The notes under the pieces were generated by a model. It did no database searches and was not told the DNA's origin. It saw nothing but the letters and a program-made list of their open reading frames with translations. Source: a virus. From it: a stretch of DNA of 64,000 nucleotides. Positions within the stretch are counted from its first letter, which is position 1, and each line of letters opens with the position of its first letter. This document shows, piece after piece, positions 1 through 8,632 of the stretch. The stretch lies in the IMG/VR virus record IMGVR_UViG_3300032249_001164, positions 15,540 through 79,539 of that record; one strand, written 5' to 3'. The position numbers and the translations under genes are program-made.

Positions 1-2244
1 AGCAAAAATTGTTGTCCAGTTTATACCGCAACTTGTGGTTATGTCATTCGGGTCTGTATCAGTATTAAAAACAATTTGAGGTGCTTCGTTGGTAATGGGT
101 TCTTCTGGGTTATAGGCTTCCGGCATGTGCACGTAGGCTTCATCCCAGTCAGCGAGTGGCGGGGTTGATGCGGTGGCGTAATTATTGCGAATAGCCTTGA
201 AGTGCTTATTGACAGCCTTAACTACTACACCTTTTCGATAGAACGTGCCAACTGTGTACGTGGTGCTGGGACAGCTGCGCCGCAGCGTCACCCGCGCACC
301 AAATTCTGTTTTAGAGGTGCTGGTAACAGCCAGCACCTCTTCCCCATCTGGGGCCAAAGGCCTGTTAATGCCGCCACCCGATACGCCTGCCGATGTCTGC
401 AATATTGCAGACCGATTTGGCGTGCGACTAGAATATGTTGTCAATTCCAGGGATGCTGAGCGCTCTGCCAAAGTGCGGTTATCTACCACGCGGCGGATGT
501 AGACTGATTTCCCAATAGCGTTGCTAATACCAAAGCTGCTGGGTACGTCTGCATTGGTTCCACTTTGGCTCAACGCCGCTGTGATATTGATTCGAGCAGG
601 GGTGCCAGGGGCCCAGGCTGTCGAGGTCAATAACGCTCGCCAATCGTCGCCGTCAGGGTTTTCAACCCATACATAGGTGCCGCCCGGCAACGAATAACCG
701 TCTGTGGCCAGCAGCTGAGGGGTCGTACCTGTGGTATCAGCAGACAAAGCCTGCAACAGGGTGATGTTCGAGGCGCTATGGCTCGCCACCGTCCCCAGTG
801 TGATTCGCCTGATTGCAGGTGTTTTATCAGATAGATTGACTGGCACGCTGATTCGATTTATCAGCCAGCCTGTATCCAGCGGAACAGCCGTTCGCGCATA
901 GCCGGTAGCAAGCGCAGCGCAGCTGCCAAACGTGAAATTGCCGTTGGATGAAACAATCTCGCCCCCCAAGTCAGCTCGCGCTCTCGCAGTGTGGCAAAGG
1001 CCAAAAACACTAACCTCGCTGCAGAAAGCGTCTCTGATTACCAGCAAATGGCAGTGAGCGCGCTGCGGCTTGATCCGCCGATTGTCGGGAATCGTGTCAA
1101 TGTAGGCCTGAAGGCTGGAAGGGGTGATCCAACTGCCACCAGAATAAACCTGCAGGCTGTTTACGTCTTTTTGGAGGGAAATTCCAGTAAACTGGGCTGT
1201 GATTGTAGATTTCAGACCACCTAAGTTGTCCCCATTGATGAATAAACCACCCATACCCCATTCACTACGCACGCTGATGCGCTCAGGGTAGGGGGATGAT
1301 CCCTTCACCGTGTCATAGGCGGGGCTTGGGCTGCCCTCAAACGGGCCAACAGTTTGATATTCGCTGGCTCGCGCCTGGCTGAGCGCAGCCGACAGGTTGG
1401 CGCTAGAGCCCAGGGCGGTGAAGGCCTTGGCGTAAAACGAATTTAGATGCGATTGAGATGGGTAGCCTAAGCAATAAAGCAAGTGTAATGATTGACTTTG
1501 GCCGATGGGGTCACGAAATGTAAAGTCAACCGCATGTACGTCGGGCGTTAGGTATAAAACGCAGCGGATATTGCTGTAGTCGCTAGCGATGTCTGCGGGG
1601 GCTGGCGCCCACATTGGTATCAGTACAGTCTTGCGTAAATCTTCGCCATCAAAAGCAGCACCGCGAGGCAGAATTAGTCCCCCAAGAATATCGTCGTTAA
1701 ATGCAATCAACTCCTGCCAGGTGGGGACCTTGCCATCAGCCCACGCACTGATGGCAACGGCACTGGAGTGAGAGCCTGGGTGGTTGTAAATAAACTGCGG
1801 CCCCGAACCCATGTGAATAATCACACAGTCGCGGTGGGCCCGAACGTCTGTGAATGTATACCAGTTTAGGGATGTAATTATGTGAGCTTCTAGGACTGCT
1901 CTGTTAGGAGTCTTGAAGGGGGCGGCTCTTGTATAGCCACACTCCAGTCGCTGCTCGCGAATGCGCTTGAGCTTTTGCGCAATTTTCTGTTCGTCAGTGC
2001 CGGTTGACTCAAAGCTATTAAAATCTCCAGTTACATATGTGTCTCGGCCAAGATTATCATCAACGTAGAGATGAAACGGAGCCGTAAGCGGATCCGTAGA
2101 TTCACTGGAGCCGCTAGCGATATTTGGATTGCCGATCAGCTGCCGAACTATATTTACCAACGCCGCCAGCTGACTTTTGGCTACATTCTGCGACTCGGCT
2201 ACATCAATTGCGCCGCTCTCTCCCGCCCTCCTCAGCTTGGTCAT
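1..2244 (-). CDS. Cyanophage-type tail fibre / virion structural protein (5' part; runs off the window)
   Basis: Not in the ORF track, presumably because no stop lies in the window. ATG at 2244 gives MTKLRRAGESGAIDVAES...APFKTPNRAVLEA...DTVKGSSPYPERISVRSEWGMGGLF...AQFTGISLQKD, motifs typical of cyanophage fibre/baseplate proteins; lies at the end of the tail module. Confidence 0.75.
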   Translation of the reverse strand, partial: MTKLRRAGESGAIDVAESQNVAKSQLAALVNIVRQLIGNPNIASGSSESTDPLTAPFHLYVDDNLGRDTYVTGDFNSFESTGTDEQKIAQKLKRIREQRLECGYTRAAPFKTPNRAVLEAHIITSLNWYTFTDVRAHRDCVIIHMGSGPQFIYNHPGSHSSAVAISAWADGKVPTWQELIAFNDDILGGLILPRGAAFDGEDLRKTVLIPMWAPAPADIASDYSNIRCVLYLTPDVHAVDFTFRDPIGQSQSLHLLYCLGYPSQSHLNSFYAKAFTALGSSANLSAALSQARASEYQTVGPFEGSPSPAYDTVKGSSPYPERISVRSEWGMGGLFINGDNLGGLKSTITAQFTGISLQKDVNSLQVYSGGSWITPSSLQAYIDTIPDNRRIKPQRAHCHLLVIRDAFCSEVSVFGLCHTARARADLGGEIVSSNGNFTFGSCAALATGYARTAVPLDTGWLINRISVPVNLSDKTPAIRRITLGTVASHSASNITLLQALSADTTGTTPQLLATDGYSLPGGTYVWVENPDGDDWRALLTSTAWAPGTPARINITAALSQSGTNADVPSSFGISNAIGKSVYIRRVVDNRTLAERSASLELTTYSSRTPNRSAILQTSAGVSGGGINRPLAPDGEEVLAVTSTSKTEFGARVTLRRSCPSTTYTVGTFYRKGVVVKAVNKHFKAIRNNYATASTPPLADWDEAYVHMPEAYNPEEPITNEAPQIVFNTDTDPNDITTSCGINWTTIFA

Positions 2245-2273
2245 TCAGGGGCTGCTCTGTGACTAGTGCTAGT

Positions 2274-3311
2274 CTACACCTCCCTGGCCAACCGAATCCG
2301 GCCCGTCGCAACAAAATCGGCATTCATTCTGATTACGTCATCGAACTGAGTATTTACAGTTGTTTTACTTAACAGAATATCTGTTTCATAAAATAAACGT
2401 TCTGGTATAGATAAAGAGCCGGAATTGCGCTGATCAGCAATTTGAAACCTAGCTTTAGCCTTGCTGCCTTGATTCGTCAACATAATAAGACGCAGCATCC
2501 CAACGCTACTGTTTGAACTAGACATAAATCCATGGCTAATGATGGCGCTAAAGCTTCCAGCGCCGCGAAGCATTCCTTTCGCAGACTCCCCAAAAGTTTG
2601 TCCAATCGCTGTTTCGTCCAGTTGAGTTACATCTGTTTCAAAAACCCAGTTAGTCAGGTCGCATTGCATTAGCCAGCCGCGTTCTTCTGCGTCTGCAGCG
2701 ATGTCGGTAAGGATTTCTGGCACTGGCGCCAGGTTTTCAGCTGGCTGCTCGCCATCTGGGATCTCAAGGCCGGCAATCGACTGGAGTAATTGCAGTGCTG
2801 CGGCGTTGTAGCCAGTCGCTGCGGATGCCGGCAGTATCAGTATCGGGCCTGGTGACACGTTGCGCAGCGGTATCAGTCCTTGAGCCCCTCCATTGATTGC
2901 GTCAACCTCGTTAGAGTAAAACCTTGCGTTATCCAGCTCATCACGACTGATAAAAGCAGTAGCTGATTGGACAAAGCCAACAGTCGCTTGCGACTCCCAG
3001 AATGGCGCACCCGTGTCCGCGCTCCAAAACATGCCGCCGGTTGTCCTGGCGGCCAGCGCAAGGCCTACTGCGGTCTCGCCGCCCGTCCAAAACGCATGAC
3101 CATCGGGGCATGGTGCAAAACCAGCAGTGCCAATGCCAAGTGGCACACCGCGAAGCGCAATAACAACCACTTCATCGCCAGCCTGAAAGGCTTGATCGCT
3201 TAGGTCTAGTGATGGCGAGGTGCCACGTTGCAAGCGCCAGTCAGCCAATGCTGTTGGTGCCGGCCATTCACGACTTAGCTCAACAATCCCTTCGTATCCA
3301 AGAATTGCCAT
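2274..3311 (-). CDS. Tail protein (C-terminal tail-tube-like domain)
   Basis: 345-aa ORF in the tail module; C-terminal 'TNWVFETDVTQLDETAIG...GAGSF...DFVATGRI' resembles tail-tube-fold proteins. Confidence 0.6.
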   Translation of the reverse strand: MAILGYEGIVELSREWPAPTALADWRLQRGTSPSLDLSDQAFQAGDEVVVIALRGVPLGIGTAGFAPCPDGHAFWTGGETAVGLALAARTTGGMFWSADTGAPFWESQATVGFVQSATAFISRDELDNARFYSNEVDAINGGAQGLIPLRNVSPGPILILPASAATGYNAAALQLLQSIAGLEIPDGEQPAENLAPVPEILTDIAADAEERGWLMQCDLTNWVFETDVTQLDETAIGQTFGESAKGMLRGAGSFSAIISHGFMSSSNSSVGMLRLIMLTNQGSKAKARFQIADQRNSGSLSIPERLFYETDILLSKTTVNTQFDDVIRMNADFVATGRIRLAREV

Positions 3312-3706
3312 TAGATTGAATAAGAAGATTTTCCGCTGATAACAAAAGAAATACTAACACTTGTATTTTCGTTGACACTCTCACTCAAGCCTAAAGAGCG
3401 CATCAGGACTGACCCGGAAATAACCCTGCCCTTACCCTTATGAAGAATAATCTCTATGTTGTCCGGCTCCTCGTCATCCTCAAAGATTCTTGCCATAAGC
3501 TCGCGGCTTACCTCGTTATCTGTTTCGTAGAGAAGAGTTGCCGAGCCGGACGTACTTCGTTTTCCGTATGCAAACTCGCTGTCCATCTCTCCGATACCGG
3601 TAGTATCTAAAATGTCACGCTGAACGTCAAGAGTAACGTTGGTCACTTTGGCGACTTTTTGCCCGTCAAAACGAACTTCTCCGTGGACGCTGTTTGCAAC
3701 CGCCAT
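3311..3706 (-). CDS. Minor tail protein, tail-tube-like
   Basis: 'KVAKVTNVTLDVQRDILDTTGIG...STSGSATLLY' tube-fold pattern; overlaps the next gene by 1 nt. Confidence 0.6.
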   Translation of the reverse strand: MAVANSVHGEVRFDGQKVAKVTNVTLDVQRDILDTTGIGEMDSEFAYGKRSTSGSATLLYETDNEVSRELMARIFEDDEEPDNIEIILHKGKGRVISGSVLMRSLGLSESVNENTSVSISFVISGKSSYSI

Positions 3707-3722
3707 TTGAATGAGCTAGCCT

Positions 3723-4127
3723 CTAATCCATTCTAAGCTCGGCCCTGAACTGAACCTTGACGGATATTCTTTTCCCGCCTTGCGAACGGCTTCCCTGGGG
3801 TTCGCCCAAAAAGTACCAACGCAAGCCTGGGCCAGGATTTAGCAAGTCAGCCTGCTCAAGATTCCTTCCAACAATCGCTGGGAATGCTACATCTTCTGTC
3901 GGTCCTCGTGCTGCGGTATAAGCCGCCTTAATTTGTGCGTAGGCCGCTTGGGTAATGTTATCGAATGTCAGGGTCATGGGCGCATCACTAGCTTTGTCGC
4001 CCCACTGCCGGATCGAACGGACACCGCTTTGCGCTCGCCGCTCTGTTATCGGCCAGCCAGGTTCACCGAAATCGTGAGCAGTGGGCTGAATCGCTGGGAA
4101 CTGAACTGTCATCGTTGAATCACCCAC
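3723..4127 (-). CDS. Minor tail protein (distal-tail-like)
   Basis: 134 aa, adjacent to the tail tip gene; size and position fit a lambda gpM-like protein. Confidence 0.5.
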   Translation of the reverse strand: MGDSTMTVQFPAIQPTAHDFGEPGWPITERRAQSGVRSIRQWGDKASDAPMTLTFDNITQAAYAQIKAAYTAARGPTEDVAFPAIVGRNLEQADLLNPGPGLRWYFLGEPQGSRSQGGKRISVKVQFRAELRMD

Positions 4128-7100
4128 GCTGCAGTGCTATCCCAGTCTAATACTGCCAGCATCATTCCGTTTTCATTGGTTGGCATGTGGACGGCTTCGA
4201 TAGCATAGGCGCCGTCATCAGTTGGCGAGATCTTGGAAATTTGATAACTGCGGACCTCGGTAGTGGTGCGCTTGACCGTGAAGATTATTCCAGCAGGGGA
4301 GCCGATACCGCCCGAGATCGTGAGCGATCCCGCATCATTCACGTCACCAGTGCCACTCCAGCTCACCACGTCGTAGAGGCCATCGCCAAGCACCTGGGAA
4401 CTCACCACCGTACCATCAGTTAGTACGGCGCCGTTGTTGAACTCGTCATAAGACGTGGCATCCATGGCCACCCGAATCAGGTCGCCGGGGCCTACGCCAG
4501 TGGTGATACCCTCCAGCCCATCGTAAGTAGTTTCAAAGCTGATCACATGATCACGCAGCCGCCGCAACCTCAAAGTGAATTTTGCTAAGTCGATCGCATG
4601 GTTTTCGTTAGTACAAAACTCGCTCATTTTGATTGGCTCAATCTGCAGCGTCTCATTGCCGTGTGGCTCCGCCTCTCTGACCAACACCTCCTTCACCTGA
4701 GGGAACATGCCGGGGTTGACAGGGTTGGTCGAGCTACGCTCCTGGCGCCATATGACACTGATCTGAGATGCCTGCCTGTCCTCCAGTGGGATGGTCTCAA
4801 ACTTAAAGGTGCCCTCGGCAATGTTGCCAGCAGTGAACAGAGCTACATGCCTGACCGGCTCAAAACTGATAAACGGCACCAGATCGAATTGGCCGTTTAC
4901 CTCGCGGAAGTCCAATAACATGAAGCCGGCGTGATCAGCGATCCATTGACGCGGCGACTCTTGACTGATAATTACACCACCATCGAAGAAGTAGCACCGG
5001 TCAAAGCACCATTGCGCAGATTTCCTGAAGTTGTTAATTTTGATCATGTCATCGGATATATTTTCTGGGCCATACTTTGGATTGGTTAAGCGATCTAGCG
5101 CTAGATCAGGCAGTAGGTGCGACGGGCCCTTGGTCATGCCCCCGAGCAGCCTGCGTACTTCGGTGCCGCCCGTTACATAGGGCGATAGCTGGCTAAATTG
5201 CTGCCACTCAAAAGCCGATGCAACATTAACGCCAATTAAAGCAATGCCGTCGTACAAAGGCGTAGTTTGATTTTCTACAATCTCATTGATGTAGACAATC
5301 TCGTGCTCGGGCTGGGTGGCGCTTGAGGTGATCTCTTCGTAGACAAACGCTTCGGCTAACTTCCCCCAGGCGTCGGCGTAGTTGTTGTCGGTGTCGGGGT
5401 GCGGAGTGCCGATGTTCTCCCTGTCGGCCTGCTGTAACTTAAAGGTCGCCTGGTTGCGAGTAACGGTTCGTCCGTTAAACGTTGCCTTAAGCGTTCTGCC
5501 TCCCGCAGTAGTAGTGACTGTGATCACGTCAGACAGGCGAGAGTCCACCACGTACAGGGTCGCGTCTGTTACTACATTGCGAATCTCCCAGCCGCTAAGC
5601 GGCTCAATTGTCCAGTCCCAAGAGTCTTGGAATGGAAATTCAAGGCGCAGGTAGTTAAACATTGACTGTTGTTCAATACCAGCGAAGCCAAATACCTGAG
5701 CAAGCGGTATGAACGTCGCCTCTGACTGCCTTTTATAGGAAACGCGATAAAAGGAGTAACGCTCTTCAGATCCCGCTACTTGACCACTTTGATAGTTGTC
5801 TACTTTAAGTGTGTTGCCTTTTGCGATAATATTGCCATCTTTGTTGAAACATGCGCGTCCATCAGTGTCGGCATAGGTGAGCGTTGCGCGGAATCTCAGT
5901 AAGCCGTTATACCTAATGCCAAGGCTGGACCTAAACCCAAACTCGATAATGCGGCATTCTTTTTCAGTGGTACCGCTTGCGATTACGACTCGCATAATGT
6001 GTGGGCCGCTGGTAGCAGTCCTTCGCGCTGCATAGGTAGTGCCCGGAAGCTCCAGGTTCGCAACAGTTGTAGTGGCAGCGCTACCAGCTCGCACGATCCT
6101 GAACGTTGCATCAATGCCCTGGCCGCTGCCAGCAGTGCCAAGGCTCGCCTCAGAGCGGAATACCTCATTGGATGGCGTCCTGGCAGTACATACGGCAAGA
6201 GCTGAGCCAATCTTGTAAAGATCGCCGATTACAATCGCGTCGTCCCATACTGCCTGTCGATTAGCGATTGAAGATGCTGCATCATTGGCGGACTCGCTAT
6301 AGGAATCCATCTCTTCATATCCAAACGTCAGTACAGCCCTGAGCCTGTTGGGGCTGGTGAGGGCTTGAACCGCCGCAAACCCTGGGTCTCCACTTATCGT
6401 GACTGTGACGGCGCGGGGAGCGGTACCGCTAAAGACAACCACCGCAGCAATTACCGTGGTCTGAAAGGTGACGTTTTCGGAGTCGCTTGCGATTGTAACG
6501 ATCCATTGTATTTCATAGCTGGCGGCATTTGCGTTCTCGTACAGGCTCGTAATAGTATCTGTGTTTACGTCTGCATTAACTGAAACCGTTTTTGCTGTTG
6601 AGTTTACGTTAGTAGTGCTAACCTCCAGTGCAGGCATGACATCGGCCTCGTAAATGCCTTCACTTAAAATGCTTGCGGCATCAAGACTGCCGAATGATTT
6701 AGCGCTGCCCCATGTTTGGGCCTCGCTGTGCGTGAAATTAGTTTCAAAGTCACTGCTGGGCAGCAAGCTATAAGTAACACTTCCGCCTACCGCGTTGAGT
6801 GCTCCCGCTGTTATTCCTGATCGCGTCGAAAAGTATGCTGCGTACTTAGCCCGCTCTACTACTACTGTGTTTTCAATATTGCAGACTACGCGAGCATTAC
6901 CTTCATCGCCACTTGGTACGAGTTGTGCCGACACTTTTGGTCTTACCGATGGATTCAACTTGAACCCCATGTCATTGCCAATCAATGTATAAACGCCGAA
7001 TGTCGTACTGGTTGCTGGTTTAGCCGTAGAGCAAAAATCGGGCCGTAGGACATTGTTTACTGATGGCACTTGAAATACATCAGTGGCGCCGGCCCTCATC

Positions 7101-7774
7101 GCATTACCTGGATCTGTTGCAGCAGAGCGTCCCAAGACGCGATCACCAGCAACGATGCGACCGCCATTGTTGCGGTAATAGATCGTCAAGCGGCCACCAA
7201 TTTCATTGGCCTCGGCGCTGCCTAGGTCGTAGACGCTGATGCTGCTATCGCCAATAGCAAAGCCGTTTGGGTCGATGCTTGCAACAGGCCCCTCGGCCAG
7301 CATAAATACTGCGCGAAGCATTTGCGATCCACCCAGGCTAATGATCTGCGACCACAGCAGCGACGTGTTAACCCTGATGCCACCGTAGGCGATGCCGTTG
7401 ATGGTTTCGCGATGAGCGTAAACGACAGGTATCGGCTCACCCAGCGATGCTACCGATTGCGTTGAGTTAAAACCTGCTCGCGGTGCAAATGCTTGCAAGC
7501 TGTTCTGCGATTGGCCGTTTTCGTTGCTAGTTTTCAGTTTGACAGGATTCCTATCTTTAGCTTGATACCTCGGCGCCAGTAATGAGCTGATTAACTGGAA
7601 TCCAATAGACAGAACTGTTAAAACGATTGAAACGATAATGGCAGTCTCTAGCCCACACACCACTGCTGGCCGTGGACCTTCTGCTGAGCGCTTGCGCACT
7701 TTGTCTTTCCAGAATTCATACTGCTCCTCGGACAAGCCAAGGAGATCTGCTAGGTAGCGATCAGATGGCAGCAT
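4109..7774 (-). CDS. Tail tip / central fibre protein (lambda gpJ-like)
   Basis: 1221 aa; 'ASLGEPIPVVY...LRAVFMLAEGPV', 'LFTAGNI', 'VGPGDLIRV' tip-attachment motifs; follows L- and K-like genes. Confidence 0.8.
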   Translation of the reverse strand: MLPSDRYLADLLGLSEEQYEFWKDKVRKRSAEGPRPAVVCGLETAIIVSIVLTVLSIGFQLISSLLAPRYQAKDRNPVKLKTSNENGQSQNSLQAFAPRAGFNSTQSVASLGEPIPVVYAHRETINGIAYGGIRVNTSLLWSQIISLGGSQMLRAVFMLAEGPVASIDPNGFAIGDSSISVYDLGSAEANEIGGRLTIYYRNNGGRIVAGDRVLGRSAATDPGNAMRAGATDVFQVPSVNNVLRPDFCSTAKPATSTTFGVYTLIGNDMGFKLNPSVRPKVSAQLVPSGDEGNARVVCNIENTVVVERAKYAAYFSTRSGITAGALNAVGGSVTYSLLPSSDFETNFTHSEAQTWGSAKSFGSLDAASILSEGIYEADVMPALEVSTTNVNSTAKTVSVNADVNTDTITSLYENANAASYEIQWIVTIASDSENVTFQTTVIAAVVVFSGTAPRAVTVTISGDPGFAAVQALTSPNRLRAVLTFGYEEMDSYSESANDAASSIANRQAVWDDAIVIGDLYKIGSALAVCTARTPSNEVFRSEASLGTAGSGQGIDATFRIVRAGSAATTTVANLELPGTTYAARRTATSGPHIMRVVIASGTTEKECRIIEFGFRSSLGIRYNGLLRFRATLTYADTDGRACFNKDGNIIAKGNTLKVDNYQSGQVAGSEERYSFYRVSYKRQSEATFIPLAQVFGFAGIEQQSMFNYLRLEFPFQDSWDWTIEPLSGWEIRNVVTDATLYVVDSRLSDVITVTTTAGGRTLKATFNGRTVTRNQATFKLQQADRENIGTPHPDTDNNYADAWGKLAEAFVYEEITSSATQPEHEIVYINEIVENQTTPLYDGIALIGVNVASAFEWQQFSQLSPYVTGGTEVRRLLGGMTKGPSHLLPDLALDRLTNPKYGPENISDDMIKINNFRKSAQWCFDRCYFFDGGVIISQESPRQWIADHAGFMLLDFREVNGQFDLVPFISFEPVRHVALFTAGNIAEGTFKFETIPLEDRQASQISVIWRQERSSTNPVNPGMFPQVKEVLVREAEPHGNETLQIEPIKMSEFCTNENHAIDLAKFTLRLRRLRDHVISFETTYDGLEGITTGVGPGDLIRVAMDATSYDEFNNGAVLTDGTVVSSQVLGDGLYDVVSWSGTGDVNDAGSLTISGGIGSPAGIIFTVKRTTTEVRSYQISKISPTDDGAYAIEAVHMPTNENGMMLAVLDWDSTAAWVIQR

Positions 7775-8165
7775 TCTTTGGTCTCCAGAAATTGAGGGGT
7801 TGTATTACACGGGCGGCAACGTCCAGCGGCAGCCATTGTGCGCCACGTCGATGATGGACAATCAAAACGCCGTCGCCAATCACCACACCAACACCTATTA
7901 TTCCACCTGGCTGCACATGCAGCACTAGAGCGTATGACTCCAGTTTGCATGGCTCGCACATTCGCTTCCATTCAGCCTCCAGCTCTGGCCACCGCCCCTC
8001 TACTGCTAAATCAAACCAGCAGGGATCAAGTAGTGGTGTATCTAGGCCGGCGTCCCTGCGCACCTTGGCCGTCATCACCAAGCAGTCGATGCCTTCGCCG
8101 TCGTCCGGGTCGGCGCCGATCTGGTGCGGTAGTTTTGCGTTTACCCAGCGAATCCAATCAGCCAT
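7761..8165 (-). CDS. NlpC/P60-like tail assembly protein (gpK-like)
   Basis: 'PHQIGADP..GIDCL' and later 'GVGV...LIVHH' NlpC/P60 pattern; position between gpL-like and gpJ-like genes. Confidence 0.65.
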   Translation of the reverse strand: MADWIRWVNAKLPHQIGADPDDGEGIDCLVMTAKVRRDAGLDTPLLDPCWFDLAVEGRWPELEAEWKRMCEPCKLESYALVLHVQPGGIIGVGVVIGDGVLIVHHRRGAQWLPLDVAARVIQPLNFWRPKNAAI

Positions 8166-8632
8166 TACTGCATCGTCAGGTTGCCGCTGGTAGGTAACGC
8201 GCCAACCAGCCGCTGCGATAGCACCCGGCCACCAGGGGCACGCACAGCATCGAGCGGGCTCGCTAATTGCAGCGCTACAACTGGCTCCTTGCTGTCGTGC
8301 TGGACCCTAAGCGCTGCCCAGTATTCAAGTGTCAGCATCGGGCCTAGCGAATTGTCAACTCGATTGACGGTAACAGTCTTCACCTCAAGCAGCCATCTTT
8401 CTCTAGCGGCTTCGGTGAAGACATTTAGGCTGAGTGCTGATATTCCAGCGCCGATCGCCGCTTCTGACCGATCGCCGCCACGGGCGCTGCTGTTGGTCGC
8501 AACGCCAACTGGCAAATACGGATACTGTAGTCCGTTGTAAGCGACGACCTCGCCGATAAAGTAATTTTGCGCCAACCAACCCGTGTAGGTTCCGTCACGG
8601 CGCTTGAAGCGTAGAAAATTGCAGTTTTTCAT
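8165..8632 (-). CDS. Minor tail protein (gpL-like)
   Basis: Directly after the tape measure gene; 'YNGLQYPYLP', 'LQLASPLDAV...RVL'. Confidence 0.55.
   Translation of the reverse strand: MKNCNFLRFKRRDGTYTGWLAQNYFIGEVVAYNGLQYPYLPVGVATNSSARGGDRSEAAIGAGISALSLNVFTEAARERWLLEVKTVTVNRVDNSLGPMLTLEYWAALRVQHDSKEPVVALQLASPLDAVRAPGGRVLSQRLVGALPTSGNLTMQ

Noticed and set aside
1-7774. Diversity-generating retroelement or invertible tail-fibre switch
   Set aside because: No reverse transcriptase, invertase or template/variable repeat pair visible in the window
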